This document shows positions 1 through 33,967 of a stretch of DNA of 64,000 nucleotides, in pieces. Under the pieces are notes generated by a model. The model did no database searches, had not been told where the DNA came from, and saw only the letters and a program-made list of their open reading frames with translations. Position numbers and translations under genes: made by a program. Position 1 is the stretch's first letter. Every line of letters starts with the position of its first letter. The stretch comes from Macrostomum lignano. Its lineage: Eukaryota. The DNA lies in NCBI GenBank assembly GCA_002269645.1, contig NIVC01000568.1:62001-126000 (forward strand), written 5' to 3'.

Positions 1-596
1 CAAATTCAAATAGAACCCCAAACTCAGTCATTGCAGACGGATAGCTCATAATTATACAGGAAATCGTCAGCGCAAATTACCTCTCCCCCCACCACCACCG
101 AATCGTTTGCATTCCCCTATCGTTCTTCTGAACTGCAGTTGCCTGTGCTGTTCTCTAGCTAAAAAATACAACTTTTTTAGACCAGGCCAAGCCCATGCAG
201 TGTAGCAGTTTCAGGAAATTGATTCCGCGCGTGCTTCGGCTCTCGCAGACGAAGCTTTTAAATCCACTGGTCTGTCTTTCTGTCCCTGGCACTGTCTTCT
301 ATTGACACAGAATGGGATCGACCAGCTCTCATCCAGCTATCTTATACTGTGCCAGCCGTTCTCTCCACTTTTTAATAGCTCGATTGCTAAAATGTCAAGC
401 TAGCAACGGCTGCGCTCCGACTGGAATCTAAGAGCTAGGCTGCAACACAGTTCGGTACAGGTTAAGCCGCTATGGGGTGGGTTAGCGGCTGTCAGCTGTT
501 TACCTCAGTATAGGCTCAGTATAGGTATAGGACCGACCCATGCAGGAAATGCTAAAGCAGATGAAAATGCATATTAAAAAAACTATGCCTGGAATA

Positions 597-1106
597 TCAA
601 TAATTGTTAAGTATCTCACTGTGCAGCTCTTCTTTAACTTCGGTTAGCTCTGCGACAACTTTTGATGCCAAACAGTCCGCTTCGTCCATCGGCTCAGCTT
701 TCTCTTGCAGCATTGGCTCTTGGTGCTGCTGTTGCTGTTGCTGTTGCTGCTGCTGTTGTTGCTGCTGCTGCTGTTGTTGAATAGTCTGCTGCTGCAGCCG
801 CGGTGAAAGCAGGAAACAATAAGTCGGTTCATCCTCGAGCTTAGAAGTGGTAAAAAAGGCGCCAGGAGCGCCGCCGCCGAGCCTAGCGGCCTGGTGCGGC
901 CCGCCCGGCGTATGCAGCGCGACCGGAGTCTTCAACTCGTCATCTGCGGCGAAAAAGTGCTGAGTTGTGGCTGGCGTCAGGCCGCAGGTTTTCGGCGTAT
1001 CGCCGCTGTGGAAGGTGTCGAAGACGCGAGCGCTTTCGTCAAGCGACTGTTGAGTCAGGCGTTCCAAATGTTCATGGCTGAAGCTGAATGCGCAGGACTG
1101 GATGTT
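597..1106 (-). CDS. Possible coding exon of an unidentified polyglutamine-containing protein
   Basis: Open frame MMENIQ...QQQTI(Q)nHQEPML... The polyQ uses mixed CAG/CAA codons, and a GTGAGA donor-like site lies at 619-614 on the minus strand. No recognisable domain and no confident partner exon. Confidence 0.35.
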   Translation of the reverse strand, partial: NIQSCAFSFSHEHLERLTQQSLDESARVFDTFHSGDTPKTCGLTPATTQHFFAADDELKTPVALHTPGGPHQAARLGGGAPGAFFTTSKLEDEPTYCFLLSPRLQQQTIQQQQQQQQQQQQQQQQQQHQEPMLQEKAEPMDEADCLASKVVAELTEVKEELHSEILNNY

Positions 1107-1746
1107 CTCCATCATCGCCAAAGGCGTGAGTGCTGCTAACCAGGTTGCCAGCTTGGTTCCTGTTGTGGTTAAACTGTGCTTTTGTATCGGCTGTAGCTCT
1201 CAGATCCTGACAGCGGAAGGGGAGGAGAGACGGCAGACTTGAATAGCCGTGGAATATGAGGACAATTGTGCCGGTAACCTTTAATATTGACAGTGCCGAA
1301 GAAGGATGCAGCCAGGTAGCCTATTTTCTCGCGCTTTTTTTCAACGTCTCAGTTGATACCGCGGGTTAAGTTATAACAGGCAGAAAAGCCACGGCTTGTG
1401 CGTGTCTTTAAGGTTTTATGAATGAATATCTGAATTCCATATTAGGAGGTTTTGCTTGCCAGCCAGTAAGAGCGCCACCAATGTTGGATAGAACTGGACG
1501 AGTGACAGAAAGGCAAGGCAGGGAAACAGTGTGAAGACATGGAGAGAGAGGAGTGGCTGACCAAAAATAGCCAGAGGCTTACGTCAAACAACTGAAGCAG
1601 CTCTGCGGGTTACGAAGCCGGGGGACGAAATTATTGAGGGTTTCAAAGAGCTGTACGTTTGTACAGTCAGCCGAGCGAGTGCACTAAGTATTGGCTCTCT
1701 CCCCGGAGTGTACTTTCTGTCTTCTGGTATTCTATCTTGCTCTTCA

Positions 1747-2121
<375 letters not shown>

Positions 2122-2282
2122 CTGCATGCGTTACCAGCGATGGTTTTCATGCAACTGGGCAAGCTAGTTAATAAAGTGGATTGGTGGTGAAAATGCTGGT
2201 TTAGTAATTTATCTATTCATCGAATTAATGTCAATAATGCTGTCTTGCTGTCTTCTTGCATTGGCTGGCTGGCGCTAAGCCG

Positions 2283-3070
2283 GGTGTCAGGGACACTAAA
2301 ATGGTATGTCAGGGACACCAAAATGGGATGTCAGGGACATCATATTGGATCACAGGACACCAAAAGGGATCTTAGGACACCCAGTGGGATGTCATGGCAC
2401 CAAATGGGATTTCAGGACTCTAAATGGGATCTCAGGACACCAAATGGGAACTCAGGGACACCAAATGGGATGTCAGAGGCACCAAATAGATGCCAGGGCA
2501 CCAAGTGGGATGTCAGGGACACCAGATAGGATGTCAGGGCACCTAATGGGATGTCAGGGACACCAGATGGCATGTCAGGGACACCAGATGGAATGTCAGG
2601 GACACTAGATAAGATGTCATGGCACCAAATGGGATGTCAGGGACACCAGATGGGATGTCAGGGCACCTAATGGGATGTCAGGGCACCAAATGGGATCTTA
2701 GGGACACCAAAATGGGATATGAGGGGCACCAATATGGGATATGAGGAACACCAAAATGGGATGTCAGGGACACCAAAATGGGATGTCAGGGACACCAAAA
2801 TGGGATGTCAGGGACACCAAAATGGGATGTCAGGGACCACCAAGTGGGATGCCAGGACACCCCATGGGACACCCCATGGGATGTCAGGGACACCAAATGG
2901 GATGTCAGGACACCAAATGGGATGTCAGGGACATCAAATGGGATGTTAGGGATACCAGATGGGATGTCAGGGACACTAAATAGGATGTCAGGGACACCAG
3001 ATGGGTATGTCAGGGACACCATATGGGATGTAATGTCACCAAATGGGATGTCAGGGACATCAAATGGGTG
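2283..3070. repeat. Degenerate 21-22-bp minisatellite (GGGATGTCAGGGACACCAAAT)
   Basis: Tandem recurrence of the GGGATGTCAGGG(A)CACC core. Confidence 0.93.
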
Positions 3071-4572
3071 TCATGTCAAAGGCGCCATACTGCTGGGTAT
3101 TGGCAGTATGAAATCAGTTGGTGCCTAATTGAAATAATTTGTACCGTAGTACCGTAGCTGCAAAGAATCCAAAATAACAGGCAGTGCCAATACCTTGAGA
3201 TTTAGCTAAATACAAATTACATTGACCAACTTTTATAACAATTTACAAGTCCACCAACTTCATTCAGCCAAGTTATACACCCAACACGCCAACAGAAAGT
3301 TTAGTTAATTGTCGCAGTCAAAGCCATATTAGGCACAGCTTTATGCCAAAAGCGAGCGCACAGAATTGATAGAGAAAAGATTGATAAGCCCTCAGCTGTG
3401 CGGAGTGGATCTGCCAATGGCTTTATCGCCGGAATCTAATTGTTGCAGATATGATAATTTTGGCTAAGCGCAAAGCAGAATTTGACATCCTGCCCACGCA
3501 ACTTAAAGTTGTTCGTCTGGCTGCCATGCCTTAATACTTAGTAAACTTTTGTTAATTTTTTGTCTTTTTTGTTATTGAATTTTTGAACTAATAATGAACT
3601 TATGAACATATCTTACTACTGAAAGTTTTAACGCCAGTAGCATCGTTGAAACATTTCCAGTAAACTGACCTTGAGAATTGAAAAATAGTTAAATTTTGTA
3701 ACGTTATATGATAAATATTGGAAATAAATTTGGTTAATTTAAATACCAAAGTCACTTTAAATGAGTAAGGCGAGTCACCTGTAGTTATGAAAGGAGCATT
3801 TCTCAGCTACTTAGCCAGTAGTATAAAGTCTAGTTTTTCACTCTAAATATAGTGTTGGGCAATTTATTCCTGTTGAATTGGCATACAGATTTCCTGATCG
3901 ACCAGCTTCGACCTCTATGCGTCAGTTGCGAGCAGGCAGAACGGCACAGTCGCATATCAGCGGCTATTCAGTGGGCCAGGTGATTAATCTAGAGCCTTCT
4001 GCCCAATCCACTCCAGTTCATCCAATCGCACCTGATGGGTGAGGAGGGCTCCGCGATCGGCTGCCATGTGCACGATCTCAGTCAGTCCGGCAACTGTCTC
4101 AATGTAGAGTGCACCAAACCTTTCCTGCATCAACACCTTCAAACTTGCCATATTTGGAAATTAGGAAATTGTTAGGGTGTGCCAGAGGTCTCTAAAAAGC
4201 AACACTTGCTCATCTTACGTTTCAGCTATTTTTTTATACTTCTATTTTCTTTTAGGAATTTTTCATTAACTTGGATTCTGCAATAAATCTATTTGATTAT
4301 CAATAATTAAGAGATTCATTAATCCAACTTGCAAGATTAATAAACCCTCCTAGTGTCTTTTTTCTCAATAATTTATTGATCACAGGGGTATAAGACTTGG
4401 TATTATCGAACTAGTGCAATGCAACAGACCTCAAACCATCTGAACAGACACTCCACCTGCGGGGGATTCAGTAGTCCAGTCTGGGGTAACCCAGCCTTTA
4501 CTCAGGCAGCTGGCTATCCCGAGTTGTCGTGCATGGCTTCAGGTTTTACCTGCTTCCAGGAGGCCGACTGTC

Positions 4573-4589
4573 TCACACACACACACACA

Positions 4590-4637
<48 letters not shown>
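4573..4637. repeat. (CA)n(CT)n compound microsatellite
   Basis: Direct reading. Confidence 0.95.
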
Positions 4638-4642
<5 letters not shown>

Positions 4643-5236
4643 TGCGAATTCGCCATCCCGGATGCGATTGATGAGAGAGCCGGTCAGGGAAAATGAGATC
4701 GCGAGTCTCTGCTTCTCTTCCACTTCAATGTGCGGTTCGTTTGTGCCGCCTAGTAAGGCTTCTGCGAGTTGCATCTATGAGAAATTGCTCTCAAATAGAA
4801 AGGCAATCGCTGCAGCCCCAATTGATTGAGGGGGCCGGACAACAGAGAGGATCCTCTTACCCTGGCCTACTCTGCTCTCGTTCGGTGGATTTCACCAATC
4901 TGCTGAAGTGTACGGAGGAAAAGGGTCGGGACCAAAGCGCCAGAAGAAGACAATTAGACCGAGGCGGAAGAGACTAGAGAGAAGAGCTGGTCTGTAATTT
5001 TCAAGCAGATTTTTAAGTGCCCCTCATAAAGAAAGTGAGCGCGGCTTCCTTCTCAACCAGGATATTGTTAAAAGGCTTGGGATTGCATTAGAATTGGCCT
5101 GCCTTACAAAATGCAGGCATTAGTAGGACACCTAAGTGTGCCTGGACAGTCGAATCATTGTTTAGTTATCAGTCTATCGAGTTTTGATTATTTTAGGAAG
5201 GTCGACGTTGTGTAGTGATTTCCGTGCATCTTATCA

Positions 5237-5690
5237 TGAGCTCGATCAGTGCGTCTGGTCATCTTGAGCTCGATATCAGTACGTCTAGTCATCTTGAGTT
5301 TGATATCAGTACGTCTGGTCATCTTGAGTTCGATATCAGTGCGTCTAGTGATCTTGAGTTCGATATCAATGCGTCTAGTCATCTTGAGCTCGATATCAGT
5401 ATGTCTAGTCATATTGAGCTCGATATCAGTATGTCTAGTCATCTTGAGCTCGATATCAGTATGTCTAGTCATATTGAGCTCGATATCAGTATGTCTAGTC
5501 ATCTTGAGCTCGATATCAGTGCGTCTAGTCATCTTGAGCTCGATATCAGTATGTCTAGTCATATTGAGCTCGATATCAGTATGTCTAGTCATCTTGAGCT
5601 CGATATCAGTGCGTCTAGTCATCTTGAGCTCGATCGGATTATCTGGTCACCTTAAGCTCGATCAGTACGTCTGGTCATCTTGAGTTCGAT
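5237..5690. repeat. 30-bp minisatellite (GAGCTCGATATCAGTATGTCTAGTCATCTT)
   Basis: About 14 units; successive 60-nt lines are nearly identical. Confidence 0.95.
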
Positions 5691-6594
5691 CGATGCATCT
5701 ACGTAGACATTTTAGTGTGTCTAACCATGTTGAGCTTGGTTAGCTCGTAACACTTCTAAAAACGCTGAGCACGATCGATGCGTCCAACTAACCGATGATG
5801 TCGGTGAGATCACGTGCCGTCCAGAGGTCTTCATTGGCAAACGTCAAAAATGGGGAAGATTCGCCAGCTGAAGCAATCTAAGGTAGAAATAATAAATTTT
5901 TGCCTACTCGGGCAGCAAAGTCTGCAAGCAAATCTAGTCTGATGAAATCCCGCTTTGGAATGCGACATCATTTCAGTTAGTCCCCATTAGTTAAATTAGT
6001 TTCCAGTCAATTTTCCATCATCAGTCAAATTTATTTGAACGTTCAGCTCTCCGTGAGTATTGATTTTAGCCGGCCATGCAGTCAGTCGGTCAGACCAATA
6101 TCAAGAATTTTTTGGAAATCAACCCTGAGTCCCTGAGTAATATGGCTACGCAAGATTTTGAAAATCAAGTTAGCACCCAGCTTCATTGCTACACAAGCTC
6201 CAGAGCTTGATCCTTTGAGACTCTGAGCAGCACTTGCGTTTTATTGAAAGTATCTCGCAGGTTAATTAGTTGATCATCCTGACAAACCAAGCTAGCTCAG
6301 CGGTTTATTTTCGAAGGATTGCAAAATTAGCCTTCTATTGCCAAGTTCAGTGACTCCTTTAGTTGAATCTCGATCTCACTCCCCGTTCCCAAGAGGCTCA
6401 TCACTGCGCGAGAAAAGGCGTGAGAGATTTGGATTTGGGAGGCCGATATGGGTGACTGGGTATAGATGCCTTGGGGTGGTTGGGCGTGGACTGCGCAGCC
6501 ACTGTAATGACTCACACCCACGCAATTGGAATGCGCACTGGGGGCCAAATCCCGCCGGGCAAAGTGGGGCAAATCGAAGGTGCAGTGCAGGAAT

Positions 6595-6595
<1 letters not shown>

Positions 6596-6632
<37 letters not shown>
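6596..6632. repeat. (GA)n microsatellite
   Basis: Direct reading. Confidence 0.93.
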
Positions 6633-6634
<2 letters not shown>

Positions 6635-7143
6635 GGAGAGGGCCACGGGACTCCTTGTTAGTGTTATTCCCCCTTTCTAAACCTCAATGATGGTCCCACC
6701 CCGGGTCTATCTTTCTCTGAGGACTGAATAGGTAGGGCAGCCTTCCCGTCTTCTCCTTCCCAATCCCCCATCGCTTGCAACCTCGATTTTCATCCGTGCG
6801 CACACGGTCTTGCATTCTCCCTCTCACTCTGCTTCGTCAATTGGTGGCTAAGGCCCGCAGCCAGTCACCCAGCGTCCCCCTATGCCTCATTCCCATCCCC
6901 GGCCCGGCCCATTCATTCCTCACAGGGATCCATGAGGATGGGGCTCCTGAGAGGGCAAGAAGAGGGAGAGATTGAAGGGGCCGTCGAGGGGGTAAGAAGA
7001 AGATCAGCGCGATGAATTGCCTCCGATATCATCCAGTATAAAAGGGTCAACGAAGTCTTCTAGAACTCCAGAAATCCGCTTCAGCAGCAGAAAGGGGAGA
7101 ATTTGCAAGATTCGGTCCCATTTTCCCCTATATCCCCCGAAGC

Positions 7144-29676
<22,533 letters not shown>

Positions 29677-30228
29677 TCAGCAAGCTTCCAGTGTTCAGTT
29701 GCACAACTTGCACAAACCGAGACTTTTTGAATTGATGAGTCATATTCATAATCATATTGTTCCATTCCTTGAAGAAGTCTTAAATTCCATGAAAAATGCA
29801 CTCGACGTCAATTTTTAATATTGCATACATAGGGGAAAGTTTATCGAACATTTCTACTGTCAGTAGTGCGGGCTATTTTTGTTCAGTTTTTCTGGTAGAA
29901 AGCACAATTTTCATCAATAATCACCGGATTTTAACCCTACAGAGGTTCATAGATTTTTCTTCTCAAAATATGAGTCACTGGCGTTTCATTTTTTGCGTTT
30001 GGGAAGTAACAAAAACTTAAAAACACCAGTTTGTTGAAACATAAAAGGCAAATTTGTTATAATAAAATTTTTCTGCTGTGAACTGGCGCCGATTTGAATG
30101 CCATTCAGTCGAGTTTAATGTCAAACTTTTTTACACGCATGTGAAATTGAGTGCAAAATAACAAAAAACGTGCGTATTTTCCATTCTAAATGGTTTGACG
30201 TGGCAACTTCCAGGCAATGAATTACGAG

Positions 30229-31952
30229 TATCAATAGGACTGTTAAACCGCTGGCCCCGTGCTGCAATGTACATTATCAATAGGACTGTTAAACCGCTGG
30301 CCCCGTGCTGCAATGTACATTATCAATAGGACTGTTAAACCGCTGGCCCCGTGCTGCAATGTACATTATCAATAGGACTGTTAAACCGCTGGCCCCGTGC
30401 TGCAATGTACATTATCAATAGGACTGTTAAACCGCTGGCCCCGTGCTGCAATGTACATTATCAATAGGACTGTTAAACCGCTGGCCCCCGTGCTGCAATG
30501 TACATTATCAATAGGACTGTTAAACCGCTGGCCCCGTGCTGCAATGTACATTATCAATAGGACTGTTAAACCGCTGGCCCCGTGCTGCAATGTACATTAT
30601 CAATAGGACTGTAAAACCGCTGGCCCCGTGCTGCAATGTACATTATCAATAGGACTGTTAAACCGCTGGCCCCGTGCTGCAATGTACATTATCAATAGGA
30701 CTGTTAAACCGCTGGCCCCGTGCTGCAATGTACATTATCAATAGGACTGTTAAACCGCTGGCCCCGTGCTGCAATGTACATTATCAATAGGACTGTAAAA
30801 CCGCTGGCCCCGTGCTGCAATGCACATTATCAATAGGACTGTTAAACCGCTGGCCCCCGTGCTGCAATGTACATTATCAATAGGACTGTTAAACCGCTGG
30901 CCCCGTGCTGCAATGTACATTATCAATAGGACTGTTAAACCGCTGGCCCCGTGCTGCAATGTACATTATCAATAGGACTGTTAAACCGCTGGCCCCCGTG
31001 CTGCAATGCACATTATCAATAGGACTGTTAAACCGCTGGCCCCCGTGCTGCAATGTACATTATCAATAGGACTGTTAAACCGCTGGCCCCCGTGTTGCAA
31101 TGTACATTATCAATAGGACTGTTAAACCGCTGGCCCCGTGCTGCAATGTACATTATCAATAGGACTGTTAAACCGCTGGCCCCCGTGCTGCAATGTACAT
31201 TATCAATAGGACTGTTAAACCGCTGGCCCCCGTGCTGCAATGTACATTATCAATAGGACTGTTAAACCGCTGGCCCCGTGCTGCAATGCACATTATCAAT
31301 AGGACTGTTAAACCGCTGGCCCCGTGCTGCAATGTACATTATCAATAGGACTGTTAAACCGCTGGCCCCCGTGCTGCAATGCACATTATCAATAGGACTG
31401 TTAAACCGCTGGCCCCCGTGCTGCAATGCACATTATCAATAGGACTGTTAAACCGCTGGCCCCCGTGCTGCAATGCACATTATCAATAGGACTGTTAAAC
31501 CGCTGGCCCCCGTGCTGCAATGTACATTATCAATAGGACTGTTAAACCGCTGGCCCCGTGCTGCAATGTACATTATCAATAGGACTGTTAAACCGCTGGC
31601 CCCGTGCTGCAATGTACATTATCAATAGGACTGTTAAACCGCTGGCCCCGTGCTGCAATGCACATTATCAATAGGACTGTTAAACCGCTGGCCCCGTGCT
31701 GCAATGTACATTATCAATAGGACTGTTAAACCGCTGGCCCCGTGCTGCAATGCACATTATCAATAGGACTGTTAAACCGCTGGCCCCCGTGCTGCAATGT
31801 ACATTATCAATAGGACTGTTAAACCGCTGGCCCCGTGCTGCAATGTACATTATCAATAGGACTGTTAAACCGCTGGCCCCCGTGCTGCAATGTACATTAT
31901 CAATAGGACTGTTAAACCGCTGGCCCCCGTGCTGCAATGTACATTATCAATA
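30229..31952. repeat. 46/47-bp satellite (TATCAATAGGACTGTTAAACCGCTGGCCCCGTGCTGCAATGTACAT), about 37 units
   Basis: Near-identical head-to-tail units with no unique spacers. Confidence 0.97.
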
Positions 31953-32269
31953 CCTTTTTCAGGACTTTTATGCCGCTCAATTCTGCTGAAAAAATGATAT
32001 TTTCCGTTGCTGTGGGCAAATTGAAATAAATTTGCATATGCAAATTAGTCAGGTGGAAGCTGCAGAGATCCGAGATGGGGAACCAACACTTGCCAGAGTC
32101 TGCAGCAAGTTGAAATAAATTGATGTCTCCTAATTGATTTGCCACTTTCGCGTGCGTGCAGATCTGACAGCAGAGTTGGAAACGTGCTGGAAATGCAGCT
32201 GGCATTTGCGTGGCTTTGCCCAGTCGGCAAGCTCGAGAATACCGAAAAATCTTCATATTAATCATGAAC

Positions 32270-32900
32270 CAAACCTTCCACTATCCTTGATCCCAAATCT
32301 CCCACTATCTCTGATCCCAAATCTTCCCTATCCCTGATCCTAAATATCCATTTTTCCCTGATCCCAAATCTCCCCCTATCCCTGATCCCAAATCTCCCCC
32401 TATCCCTGATCCCAAATCTCCCCCCTATCCCTGATCCCAAATCTCCCATTATCCCTGATCCCAAATCTCCCCCTATCCCTGATCCCAAATCTCCCATTAT
32501 CCCTGATCCCAAATCTCCCCCTATCCCTGATCCCAAATCTCCCCCTATCCCTGATCCCAAATCTCCCCCTATCCCTGATCCCAAATCTCCCATTATCCCT
32601 GATCCCAAATCTCCCCCTATCCCTGATCCCAAATCTCCCCCTATCCCTGATCCCAAATCTCCCCCTATCCCTGATCCCAAATCTTCCCCTATCCCTGATC
32701 CCAAATCTCCCCCTATCCCTGATCCCAAATCTCCCATTATCCCTGATCCCAAATCTCCCCCTATCCCTGATCCCAAATATCCAACTACCCCTGGTCCCAA
32801 ATCTCCCATTATCCCTTATCCCAAATATCCCACTACCCCTGGTCCCAAATCTCCCATTATCCCTTATCCCAAATATCCCACTACCCCTGGTCCCAAATCT
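32270..32900. repeat. 24-bp minisatellite (ATCCCTGATCCCAAATCTCCCCCT)
   Basis: Direct reading. Confidence 0.95.
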
Positions 32901-33371
32901 CCCCTTCATCCCATACCCTATCTCTTCCCTCCCCATGTCTGACCTTGCCTGTTCCCAATTCGCACCCCCATTTTGCAGAGTCAAGCTCCACCCCATACTG
33001 TCGGGCATTTCCCCTCCCTAGTTGCTTAGCCGTCGTCCTGCTCAGCGCACTTCTCTCTATCCTTTGAGCAGCCCAGGATTCGCCGAGACAAAGGTCCAAT
33101 CAACGCCGGAGCTCTCACAGTCACTCTCTAGATAAGTTCGGTCGCTAAAATTCGGAATCCTTGTTGAGCATTGAGCAGTCTTCGACAGCAGCAGCAGCGG
33201 CGACAGCGGAACTCTAATCGAATCTGTGGGACATCTCTGTTTCAGTGAGCATAGCAGCATGTTGGATAGAGTAAGTTCTGGCGAATGTTTGCAGACCAAA
33301 GCAAAACTGCGCTCACCCATAAAAGGCTATCTGGGAGTTTCGCTTTTATAAGCCCGAAATTTCGCTTTCAA

Positions 33372-33662
33372 GCTTGTGAACTTTCGAACCTGTGAACTTT
33401 CGAGCTTGTGAACTTTCGAATCTGTGAACTTTCGAGCCTGTGAACCTTCGAGCTTGTGAACTTTCGAACTTGTGAACTTTCGAGCCTGTGAACTTTCGAG
33501 CCTGTGAACTTTTGAGCCTGTGAACCTTCGAGCTTGTGAACTTTCGAGCTTGTGAACTTTTGAGCCTGTGAACTTTCGAGCTTGTGAACTTTTGAGCCTG
33601 TGAACTTTCGAGCTTGTGAACTTTTGAGCCTGTGAACTTTCGAGCTTGTGAACTTTCGAGCT
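33372..33662. repeat. 16-bp minisatellite (CGAGCCTGTGAACTTT)
   Basis: Direct reading. Confidence 0.94.
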
Positions 33663-33967
33663 CGTGAGACGCCCTCGTCTGACATCATTTAGTCTATATG
33701 CCGCTTGAAGAAAAAAGTTAATTTGTAGAATAGTTAGGCTGTCCTTATTGGCTGCCCCCTGATCCCAGAGCTAATTTCCCGCAACCTTTGTAGTCTCCTC
33801 ATATTTTCTAATTACGCTCTCGCCAAGATGCACACAGCTTGGATCGGAGTGGATGGATAAAGACGGAATCGACCAGGTGTGAAATTCTCTCTCTCTCCCT
33901 CTCTGCCTTTATACTGCGGCGACTGCGGAAGCGGATAATCTCGAGTTTGGGATTTAGGGGAGGGAGG

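Noticed and set aside
5936-5990. CTGATGA as a hammerhead ribozyme core
   Set aside because: No stem II followed by GAAA and no cleavage-site helix could be built; the same applies to CTGATGA near 19089 and 22584.
30229-31952. Regular 46-bp repeat array that could be mistaken for CRISPR
   Set aside because: Units are head-to-tail with no unique spacers, there are no cas genes, and the context is eukaryotic.
32258-33008. Gly-rich GSGIGGDL and RFGIRD repeat ORFs
   Set aside because: 24-bp minisatellite with no unique domain or splice support.
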